32,000 nucleotides of DNA from Microcystis aeruginosa NIES-843 (GCF_000010625.1 NC_010296.1:3960001-3992000), one strand, 5' to 3'; positions 8,549 to 16,529 are shown, numbered from the stretch's first letter. Numbers and translations: made by a program. Notes: generated by a model from the sequence alone, not told the origin.

Positions 8549-9316
8549 ATGTGGAGAACATTATGTCAGTCGGTGGTCGGTAGTTTTCATATCCAAGCGG
8601 GATTACCCTGTCAAGATTACGGTGCTTATCAAGTATTGGGTCAGGATGTTTTGATTGGAGCCGTGGCCGATGGGGCCGGTAGTGCCAAACATTCGGATTT
8701 GGGTGCGAAAATAACAGTTAAAGCAGCGCTGCAATTTTTAGAGGAAAATCTCAAAAAAACAGCATTAGCTGCCACTGGAACTGAAGCCGAATTAGAGGAA
8801 ATATTCCGGCGACTGTTGGCTTATGTTCAGCAAATTCTCCAAGAAAAAGCTGAAAAAGAACAGTTATATATTAATGATCTGGCGACAACTTTACTGGTTG
8901 TTTTGGTTACTTCAAAACGGTTAGCAGCGATGCAGATAGGAGATGGTTTTATTGTGTTCAAACCTCTGGGAGGAAATTATCAGTTATTGTTCCAGCCTGA
9001 CAAGGGGGAATACATCAATGAAACCACTTTTGTTACTTCTAGTAATGCTTTGGAGGATATGCAAATAAAAGTTTTAACCGAGCCAGTTGCCTTTATTTGT
9101 GTGGCGACGGATGGAGTGGAAAAGGTATCGATCGATTATAAAAATTGGCAGCCTTTTCCGCCTTTTTTTCAGCCATTAGAGGAATATTTGCAACAGACAG
9201 AAACGCCATTGCAAGAAGACCTCAAAGAATTTTTAATGCGGGAGGATTTAAATAAGTTAACAACCGATGATAAAACCTTACTCCTAGCTTTTTGTTCAGA
9301 AACCGGGTTTGTTTGA
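8549..9316 (+). CDS. PP2C-family (PP2C_2-like) protein phosphatase
   Basis: 255-aa ORF. HIQAGLPCQDYG...GAVADGAGSAKHSDLGA...TLLVVLV...MQIGDG...VATDGV matches the bacterial PP2C_2 pattern. It starts 13 nt after the vWA gene. Confidence 0.75.
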   Translation: MWRTLCQSVVGSFHIQAGLPCQDYGAYQVLGQDVLIGAVADGAGSAKHSDLGAKITVKAALQFLEENLKKTALAATGTEAELEEIFRRLLAYVQQILQEKAEKEQLYINDLATTLLVVLVTSKRLAAMQIGDGFIVFKPLGGNYQLLFQPDKGEYINETTFVTSSNALEDMQIKVLTEPVAFICVATDGVEKVSIDYKNWQPFPPFFQPLEEYLQQTETPLQEDLKEFLMREDLNKLTTDDKTLLLAFCSETGFV

Positions 9317-9331
9317 CAAACCCGGTTTCTG
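9297..9331. other. 15-bp-stem hairpin spanning the PP2C stop codon
   Basis: CAGAAACCGGGTTTG-TTTGA-CAAACCCGGTTTCTG. The TGA stop lies in the loop and no T-tract follows. Confidence 0.6.
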
Positions 9332-9337
9332 GATCTG

Positions 9338-9370
9338 GTTCAACCCAACCTATGATAAGACTATGGACTA
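9338..9370 (+). repeat. 33-nt direct repeat, copy 1, upstream of the MNT gene
   Basis: GTTCAACCCAACCTATGATAAGACTATGGACTA matches 10048-10080 at 29 of 33 positions by eye. Confidence 0.75.
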
Positions 9371-9378
9371 AGTAAATT

Positions 9379-9672
9379 ATGAAAATTGACGAATTACTCA
9401 AAAACAAACGAGAAAAAATTATTGCTATTGCGGCTAAACACGGCGCAAATAACGTGCGAATCTTTGGTTCTGTCGCACGGGGAGAAGCTGACGAAAAAAG
9501 CGATATTGATTTATTAATTGATTATTGTAGCGAACGTCGGAGTCCCTGGTTTCCCTTGCCGTTAATTCGAGAACTTGAAGCCTTGTTAGGCTGTAAAGTT
9601 GATATTGTTACCGAACAGGGACTTAAAGATAGAATCAGAGAGCGGGTACTAAAAGAAGCAATACCACTATGA
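9379..9672 (+). CDS. mntA: MNT-type nucleotidyltransferase antitoxin (type VII TA)
   Basis: 97-aa ORF with the minimal nucleotidyltransferase motif IFGSVARGEADEKSDIDLLI. It overlaps the downstream HepT gene by 4 nt. Confidence 0.85.
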   Translation: MKIDELLKNKREKIIAIAAKHGANNVRIFGSVARGEADEKSDIDLLIDYCSERRSPWFPLPLIRELEALLGCKVDIVTEQGLKDRIRERVLKEAIPL

Positions 9673-10004
9673 GAGATGATAGCGAACGCTTGCGGGATAT
9701 TTTAGAAGCAATTGAGCGTTTAGAAAAGTATGCTCGACAGGGAAAAACCCTGTTTGAACAACAAGAATTAATTCAAACTTGGATTGTCTATCATTTACAA
9801 ATTATTGGTGAAGCAGCTAGAGCAACTTCTCAAGAATTTAAAGCAAGATATCCCGAAGTTCCTTGGCGAGATGCCAGCGATCTAAGAAACTTAACTATTC
9901 ATGAATATTTTCGTATCAATCTAGAGATTATTTGGGATATTGTTGAAAATGACATTCCTCCTCTAAAACAACAAATCGAAGCTATTTTACAGGAATTGAT
10001 TTGA
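9669..10004 (+). CDS. hepT: HepT/DUF86 HEPN-domain toxin
   Basis: 111-aa ORF with the HEPN Rx4H motif in LRNLTIHEYF, paired with the MNT gene. Confidence 0.85.
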   Translation: MRDDSERLRDILEAIERLEKYARQGKTLFEQQELIQTWIVYHLQIIGEAARATSQEFKARYPEVPWRDASDLRNLTIHEYFRINLEIIWDIVENDIPPLKQQIEAILQELI

Positions 10005-10047
10005 CGAAACCCAACTCAATTATTAAAAAATGTTGGGTTTCACTATC

Positions 10048-10080
10048 GTTCAACCCAACCTAGGATAAGATCATTGACTA
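10048..10080 (+). repeat. 33-nt direct repeat, copy 2, upstream of the RHH/VapC pair
   Basis: GTTCAACCCAACCTAGGATAAGATCATTGACTA. A hairpin (GAAACCCAAC...GTTGGGTTTC, 10006-10041) lies 6 nt upstream, mirroring the arrangement at 9297-9370. Confidence 0.75.
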
Positions 10081-10129
10081 TCATTGCTATCATTTAAATG
10101 GTTGAGAATACAATACCACTCTCAAACGG

Positions 10130-10372
10130 ATGTCGTCTATGGCAGATTTAATCGTCCGCAATATCGATGAAGCCATCGTCAAAGCTCTCAAAAAGCGAGC
10201 CAGCCAACACGGGATCAGTGCCGAAGCCGAACACCGCCAAATCTTAGAAAAAGCCTTGCTGCAACCGCAACGAAAATCCCTAGCAGAGGTGCTACGCCAG
10301 ATTCCCAACGTTGGCAACGATTCAGACTTTGATCGCGTTCAAGATGACACAGCCAAACCAGTATTTGATTGA
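10130..10372 (+). CDS. FitA/VapB-like ribbon-helix-helix antitoxin
   Basis: 80-aa ORF. DLIVRNIDEAIVKALKKRASQHGISAEAEHRQIL is a typical RHH antitoxin N-terminus. It overlaps the PIN toxin gene. Confidence 0.75.
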   Translation: MSSMADLIVRNIDEAIVKALKKRASQHGISAEAEHRQILEKALLQPQRKSLAEVLRQIPNVGNDSDFDRVQDDTAKPVFD

Positions 10373-10790
10373 TACTAATATTATTAGCGAATTGCGTAAA
10401 AAAAGCACAGCCAACCCCGGTGTCCTGCAATTTTTCCAGCAAGCTGTCGAGCAATCCGCGCCGCTTTATCTTAGCGTTATCACTATTGGCGAACTGCGGC
10501 GAGGAGTTGACCTGATTCGACATCGTGGCGACCAACACCAAGCCGAACTGTTAGAAACCTGGTTGCAGACTGTTTTGGAAGACTACACCGACCATATTCT
10601 AGATTTCACAGCACTTGAAGCCCAAGTTTGGGGCAAATTGCGCGTTCCCAATCCTCATAATGCTCTAGATAAAATGATCGCCGCTACTGCACTCACCTAC
10701 GGCTTAATCCTAGTCACCCGTAATGTGAGTGACTTCGCTGGCACAGGAGTTCCTATAATCAATCCTTTTGAATCAGTGGTCAGTTCCTGA
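10344..10790 (+). CDS. vapC: VapC/FitB-like PIN-domain toxin
   Basis: I prefer the ATG at 10344 (MTQPNQYLIDTNIISELRK, where the first PIN acidic residue lies) over the track start at 10311. LILVTRNVSDF is near the C-terminus. Confidence 0.85.
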   Translation: MTQPNQYLIDTNIISELRKKSTANPGVLQFFQQAVEQSAPLYLSVITIGELRRGVDLIRHRGDQHQAELLETWLQTVLEDYTDHILDFTALEAQVWGKLRVPNPHNALDKMIAATALTYGLILVTRNVSDFAGTGVPIINPFESVVSS

Positions 10791-10791
10791 C

Positions 10792-12039
10792 GGGAGCATC
10801 TCACCTTTGCAATGAGCATAAATACTTAGTGGAAAAATAGGCTTTTCGAGGGTAATTCTTGTTTTAATTCTCCATGTACGCAGTCTTTAAAAGCCTCTAT
10901 TTCGTTCCAAGACACGATTAAGAGTGGCTTTTAGGCTAAGTATAATTACTTATCGCGTAAGTGAGATGCTCCCATGTCTCTATGAGCAATCCCCAATTAA
11001 TAAATTTAATAACTTGGGAGAGATAGAGGAGACAGTCAGAGATTTAATGATTCAGTATGTCAACCCAGAAATCGGTATTTTTTTGTCAAAACAAGCACAG
11101 GAGAAACAGCTGGTCGGACAAGAAAAGTGAAAAGTATTTTGGGGGAATTACCAATTACAGAAAAACAAGCGAAAAAATTAGAAATAAAGTCTCGGACTCA
11201 GATGAGTCCAATGTTAGAGAAGAACTGTTTGCTATTAAGTGGCGATGAATCCTACGAGAAATCGGCGCAGAAAATCAAATCATTGACAGGGATTGCTGTT
11301 TCTCACAGTACCCAACAACGCCTCGTACATCGCTATGCTTTTGAAGAATTACCGTCTAACCCAGAAGTGGAAGTGGAAGAAATGAGCCTAGATGGCGGTA
11401 AGGTACGACTAAGAACTGCCAAGGGAAAAGCCTTAATTTGGCGTGATTATAAAGCAGTGAGTTTTCATCAACTGGGGGTAGCGGCTTTTTTTCAAGATAA
11501 CTCAGCTTTATTAGATTTGGTTAATTCTCAAGTTTTGGCCAAGCCTTTAATTTGTTTAGGAGATGGACATGATGGTATCTGGAATTTATTTCGTGAGATA
11601 GGAGAGAAACAGGAAAGAATTGAAATATTGGATTGGTATCATTTAATCGAAAACCTCTATAAAGTTGGCGGGTCATTCCAGCGAATTGAGGAGGTAAAAT
11701 GTTTTCTCTGGAAGGGGGAAGTGGAGGCGGCTATCTCTTGTTGTGAAGGATGGTCAGAGCCGCAAGTTGAGAATTTTATTACTTATTTAAACAAGCATAA
11801 ACATCGAATTGTCAATTATGGTTATTTGCAGGCAGAGGGGATTTCCATTGGCTCTGGCTCCGTCGAATCAAAAATTAAACAAATTGCTCATCGTCTTAAA
11901 ATTACTGGTGCAAGTTGGGAATCTGGTAATGTACCGCAAGTCCTTCGTCATCGCTGTGCTTATCTAAATGGTTGCCTTTTTTAACTTTTTTATTGAGATC
12001 ATTAAGCATTTCTACTTATTGCAAAGGTGAGATGCTCCC
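10792..12039 (+). mobile_element. About 1.25-kb insertion sequence (ISKra4/ISNCY-like by recollection)
   Basis: Left end GGGAGCATCTCACCTTTGCAAT is inverted at the right end as ATTGCAAAGGTGAGATGCTCCC (12018-12039). It encloses transposase ORFs. Its first 182 bp (10792-10973) appear identical by eye to the solo MITE at 26929-27110. Confidence 0.75.
10966..11984 (+). CDS. DDE transposase encoded in two overlapping frames (-1 shift at 11127-11130)
   Basis: The N-terminal part (ATG 10966 to stop 11130) and the C-terminal 285-aa part (11127-11984; LGDGHDGIWNLF...ILDWYHLIENLYK) overlap at GTGA after GAAAAG. This is either a programmed frameshift or a decayed gene. Family assignment is tentative. 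Confidence 0.6.
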
Positions 12040-14312
12040 GTCAGGAAGCGAAAATCTACCACAATCCCCATAATGAAAGGGTTGATAAATTACAGTTAAT
12101 GGTGAGAAATCGTCCCAGTGATCCTAATGCTAATCTTAACCATATTTCCTTCGCTTGGCCCTATTCTATCTTAGAAGATAAACAGGGAAAAGTCGTTGGG
12201 TTTTTAATGCCAGAAGTGGTGGGTTCAGAAACATTATTAAAGCTTTGTACGCCCATAATGAGAAGAAAATACAAGTTAGAAACTAATTGGTATTTTCTTC
12301 ATGTAGTAGCGCGGAATATAGCCGCTATTATCCAAGCAATTCACCTTAAAGGTTATGTTTTGGGAGACATCAAGCTAGAAAATATCTTAGTGAATAATCG
12401 GGCGTTGCCTACAATTATTGATACAGATTCATTTCAAGTATCAGATCCGGATAGTAGTAAAATATATCGGTGTTTAGTTGGTTCAGAAGGATTTACGCCG
12501 GCGGAATTAATCGGAGTGAATATAGCAGATGTAGATCAAACAGAAGTGCATGATCGCTTTCGATTAGGAGTTGTTATTTATTATCTACTATTTAGCGGGC
12601 CGCCGTTTCGGGGATTGTGGCAAGGAGGAGGGGATTCCTTGGAACAGTCGGAACTAATTCGACGGGGACTCTGGCCTTTTTCTGGGGATAAATTGCTTGT
12701 ACCTAGTAATACAACAATCCCATTAAATATTTTACATCCCGACTTACACGCCTTATTTTTGCGCTGTTTCAATGAGGGACATAAATTCCCCCACAGACGA
12801 CCGACGGCTAAGGAATGGCGTGGTACTTTGGAAGCTGCACTAAAAGAGGTTGTACGCTGTGGCAAAATTGATAATCATTACTACAGTCGCAGTTACGGAA
12901 AGTGTTATTGGTGTGAGCGATCTAGTAATTTAAATCTTGATATTTTTCCGGGTAAAAGTATCGCTACTGTGACACCTACACCGTCACCTAAAGTAGCGCT
13001 AACTCCACTGACAAACTTTACCGAAAACCTACCCAAGGGAATAACACTGGAGATGGTGAACTTACCAGCAGGTCAATTTCTCATGGGATCTCCTGACAGT
13101 GATACCGATGCTAGGGATTTTGAAAAGCCTCAACACCAAGTTCAAGTCAACAGTTTTGCGATCGGTAAATATCCAGTGACTCAGGCACAATATCAAGCGG
13201 TAATGGGAACCAATCCCTCTCATTTTTCAAATAATCCCCAAAATCCGGTAGAAAAGGTTAGTTGGGATGATGCTCAAGCTTTTTGTCAGAAATTGAGTCA
13301 AATAACCGGGAAAACCTATCGCCTACCGACGGAAGCGGAATGGGAGTATGCTTGTCGTGCGGGGACTACTACTCGCTTTTATTTCGGTGATGATGCTAAT
13401 CAGTTAGGAGATTACGCTTGGTATTACGGACATTCTCAGCAGACAACTCATCCTGTGGGACAGAAAAGTCCCAATGCTTGGGGACTGTATGATATGAGTG
13501 GCAATCTTTGGGAGTGGTGCGAGGACAATTGGCACGATAACTATATCGGAGCGCCAAAAGATGGCAGTGCTTGGCTGACAAATGATAATGATTATCAAAT
13601 AGTGCGGGGCGGTTCTTGGTACGACTATCCGTCTTTCTGCCGTTCCGCTTTCCGCGGCTACTACTTCCGCCGCGACTTCATCAACGACGTCGGTTTTCGG
13701 GTGGTGTGCGTCCCCAATGTGACATCTACACAGTTACCTATCGCTACTGTGACATCTACACCGTTACCTAAAGTAGCGCCTCCAGCGCCCTCTTCGCCAC
13801 CACCTCCCCCAGCAAAGCTAACTCTATTTAGCGAAAACCTACCCAAGGGAATAACACTGGAAATGGTGAGCTTACCAGCAGGTCAATTTCTCATGGGATC
13901 TTCTGACAGTGATCCCGATGCTTACCAGAACGAAAAGCCTCCACACCAAGTTCAAGTAAACAGTTTTGCGATTGGCAAATATCCAGTTACTCAGGCACAA
14001 TATCAAGCGGTAATGGGAACCAATCCCTCTCGGTTTAAAAATTGGTTTAAAAATAATCCCCAAAATCCAGTAGAAAATGTTAGCTGGAATGATGCTCAAG
14101 CCTTTTGTCAGAAATTGAGTCAAATAACAGGAAAAACCTATCGTCTCCCCACAGAAGCGGAATGGGAATATGCCTGTCGTGCGGGGACAACTACTCGCTA
14201 TTATTTTGGTGATGATGCTAATCAGTTAGGAGATTATGCTTGGTATTACGGAAATTCTCAAGATACAACTCATCCTGTGGGCCAGAAAAAGCCCAATGCT
14301 TGGGGACTCTAT
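12027..14312 (+). pseudogene. Ser/Thr protein kinase-FGE-FGE fusion, 5'-truncated and IS-interrupted (upstream fragment)
   Basis: Kinase catalytic-loop and DFG-like motifs are present (HLKGYVLGDIKLENILV, IIDTDSF), but the Gly-loop and the start of the N-lobe are missing. The apparent GTG start lies inside the IS inverted repeat. Two FGE-sulfatase modules follow (RLPTEAEWEYACRAG twice). The reading frame is broken at 14312 by an IS701-type element. Confidence 0.8.
13605..13709 (+). other. DGR variable-region-like cassette F1 (internal FGE domain)
   Basis: Adenine-free invariant blocks CGGGGCGGTTCTTGG / TGCCGTTCCGCT / GGTTTTCGGGTGGTGTGC are interspersed with NNC/NNT codons. It aligns with the other three cassettes. 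Confidence 0.6.
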
Positions 14313-15675
14313 TGGGACTTAAACAAATTTCAAGCCCAAACAAAGCCTAAACTGGCTTTGTAAGCGGCAAACACATCCCGATTCTCGGTCAGCCACTCAA
14401 AGAAACGGAAAGACATCGCTGTCCGAAAAGCTTCCAAGGCTTCCACAAAAGTGTTTAAAGGTCGATTCGCCCACTGCCTTTGCAATCCCCCAGTTAACTG
14501 ATGCCACAGGATAAATGTATAGGCACAAAACACCAGGATAAAATGACGAAGTAAGCTTCGTTTATCCCTGACTTGATATTCCCTTAACCCTAACCATCCT
14601 TTGGCTTCTCGGTAGAATACTTCCACCCAATTTCTTTCGGTGTAAGTCCTCACTATCCACGAAGCTGTTACTGTATCTGCCTCAACTACATTGGTGATGA
14701 AATAGTCCACCTCTGTGGCTTTTTCCATTGAACTTGCATTCATGACGATCGCCAAGTTCCTTTCTCCTTCTAGTTGAGATATTTTCGCTCTGAATACCGC
14801 TACCCAAACCGTTTTTTCTTTATCTAGATTTAGGGTGATTTTCTCCCAATCCTTTTCTGATAGGCTTTTTGCTAGTTGCTCAAGCTGGATTGTTTCTTCC
14901 ACACCCCCTTCTTTTTCAATAATTACTTTTCGATTTTTTGCCAATCCTCCTAAGTATTTTAGCTTTCTTTCTTCCAGGGCTTTGAGAAAATTTGTGTTGT
15001 TGCCATAACCAGCATCTATTAAGACGATTTTCGGTCGATAGCCTCTGGTTAAGCTCCGGTCAATTAAATCTATCGCTATCTCTGGTTTCTTCTTAAATTC
15101 TTTGTCTTCTTTCCCCTCGGCTAAGGAACTAGCCGGTTGATAAATTTCAATGTCTAGGGGGACACTTTTTTTGCCGTCGTAGAGATGAGTAGTGACGGCG
15201 ACTATTCCGTTGTCTGTCTTGCCAATTTCTCCCAGGTACTGCCTGCCAACTCCGGCGGTCAGATTGCCACTTTTTCGATGTCCTGAGTCATCGACAATCA
15301 GGGAAAATCCTCGGGGGATTTGCGTCTGGCGGCATTGGTTCATCACTTGCAACCGACATTCATTCACCTGACGGTCTGACCAGGGAGATTCGGTCAAAAA
15401 GTGATGTAATCGGTTATAAACTACTCCGACGGCATTATTGGCCATTTGAGTGAGGTTTTTCCTCTCACTTTCCCCTAATAATCCTCCTAAATATTGTCTG
15501 AAGCCGTTTTTTTGCGCTTCGTTTTTGAAGCAATTGTCAAACCGCCGACACCATCGGTCAAAGCATGGGGGCATCGCGGCTGGGGTTGTCTCTTTCATCG
15601 CTGATCTTTCAACGTAAAGTGCTTACTCTTTAACGATTATACTCGATTTGATCTTTATTTGGCGTTTAAGTCCCA
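14313..15675 (-). mobile_element. IS701-family insertion sequence (1363 bp)
   Basis: Terminal inverted repeats TGGGACTTAAAC (14313-14324) and GTTTAAGTCCCA (15664-15675). Flanked by a direct CTAT duplication (14309-14312 and 15676-15679). Confidence 0.85.
14330..15598 (-). CDS. IS701-family DDE transposase
   Basis: 422-aa ORF filling the element. The N-terminal pattern (FDRWCRRFDNCF...QYLGGLL...ERKNLTQMA...LHHFLTESPW) is recalled from IS701/IS4-related transposases. Confidence 0.8.
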   Translation of the reverse strand: MKETTPAAMPPCFDRWCRRFDNCFKNEAQKNGFRQYLGGLLGESERKNLTQMANNAVGVVYNRLHHFLTESPWSDRQVNECRLQVMNQCRQTQIPRGFSLIVDDSGHRKSGNLTAGVGRQYLGEIGKTDNGIVAVTTHLYDGKKSVPLDIEIYQPASSLAEGKEDKEFKKKPEIAIDLIDRSLTRGYRPKIVLIDAGYGNNTNFLKALEERKLKYLGGLAKNRKVIIEKEGGVEETIQLEQLAKSLSEKDWEKITLNLDKEKTVWVAVFRAKISQLEGERNLAIVMNASSMEKATEVDYFITNVVEADTVTASWIVRTYTERNWVEVFYREAKGWLGLREYQVRDKRSLLRHFILVFCAYTFILWHQLTGGLQRQWANRPLNTFVEALEAFRTAMSFRFFEWLTENRDVFAAYKASLGFVWA

Positions 15676-15679
15676 CTAT

Positions 15680-15916
15680 GACATGAGTGGCAATGTTTGG
15701 GAGTGGTGCGAAGACAATTGGCACGATAACTATATCGGAGCGCCAAAGGATGGCAGTGCTTGGCTGACAAATGATAATGATTGTCAAATAATGCGGGGCG
15801 GTTCTTGGTCCTTCAATCCATCTTACTGCCGTTCCGCTTACCGCGACGAATTCTACCGCGACGGCTACGACGACATCGGTTTTCGGGTGGTGTGCGGTGT
15901 CGGGAGGACTCTGTAA
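15680..15916 (+). pseudogene. Kinase-FGE-FGE fusion, downstream fragment after the IS701 insertion
   Basis: Removing 14313-15679 joins ...NAWGLY to [18 protein letters not shown]... in frame. The fragment ends [12 protein letters not shown]-stop. Confidence 0.85.
15794..15895 (+). other. DGR variable-region-like cassette F2 (C-terminal FGE domain of the kinase)
   Basis: Same adenine-free scaffold as F1, F3 and F4, but one codon shorter. Followed by GGTGTCGGGAGGACTCTGTAA. Confidence 0.6.
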
Positions 15917-16082
15917 CCCTTATTTTCTTTTTACCCTTTTTACCCTTTTTTACTTTTTCCTGCCCTTAGGCGGGTCGATTTTTTTTTGAGATTTTCTATA
16001 TCTCGTAGGGTGCGTGTTTGCGGCAATCAATTCGGTCAAAAAACTAAAATTAACAATCCGCCGTAACGCACCACCTTTATCA

Positions 16083-16177
16083 TTCGGGTTGCGTGTGTCT
16101 CCCCAGGACTTTAACCCTCTGTTCTTTTGCTCTTTTGCCCTTTGTCTCCCGCCTAGCGACGGGTCGATTTTTTTGAG
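16083..16177 (+). pseudogene. Decayed copy of an FGE gene 3' end plus its 3' flank
   Basis: TTCGGGTTGCGTGTGTCTCCCCAGGACTTTAACCC...GGGTCGATTTTTTTGAG parallels TTCGGGTGGTGTGCGGTGTCGGGAGGACTCTGTAACCC...GGGTCGATTTTTTTTTGAG at 15882-15990. Confidence 0.45.
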
Positions 16178-16207
16178 AAAATTGAGGTAGTGTTAATTTT
16201 TAACTAC

Positions 16208-16529
16208 TTAGGGTTTGCTGAATAAATCTAATACTAAATCCGGTTATTAAAGACTGATTATTTATCCCCCCTTTTGCCTTTTGCATGAGTGCCTTTTGCC
16301 TGTCTTGATATGTAGCCTATACTCAACGGATTTAGTATAAAAACCTTGTTGGATAAGACTTTTAGACCTTTGGGAAATCAAAAAGTACCGGATATGGGAG
16401 TGAGCGGGGGGAAAATTCAGGTACTTTTTCCCTGAAAATTAGGTAATTGACCAGATGAAAATCGGTGAAACCCCACACCTCACACCCCACACCCTGCCCC
16501 CAGGAAAAACTTTTTGCCGCAAACCCTAA
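16208..16529. mobile_element. MITE-like element with TTAGGGTTTGC termini
   Basis: TTAGGGTTTGC (16208-16218) is inverted at 16519-16529. The interior carries a 30-nt exact copy of 4279-4308 (16233-16262) and inverted ACTAAATCCG motifs. The terminus family is shared with 21552-21715. Confidence 0.5.

Noticed and set aside
10924-11130. The shared MAFRLSIITYRVSEMLP N-terminus of ORFs 10924-11130 (+) and 26703-26978 (-) as a conserved protein start
   Set aside because: These 17 codons lie inside the 182-bp MITE/IS arm on both occasions. They are a by-product of the repeat, not a genuine N-terminus.
12027-12047. GTG at 12027 as the true start of the kinase gene
   Set aside because: The codon lies within the IS terminal inverted repeat. 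The encoded protein would also lack the kinase Gly-loop and N-lobe. The gene is 5'-truncated.
15991-16082. An A-rich stretch considered as a possible DGR template repeat
   Set aside because: It lacks the intact adenine-free scaffold blocks (CGGGGCGGTTCTTGG, TGCCGTTCCGCT) that a template must share with the cassettes. Similarity is patchy with indels. It is more consistent with a decayed gene end.
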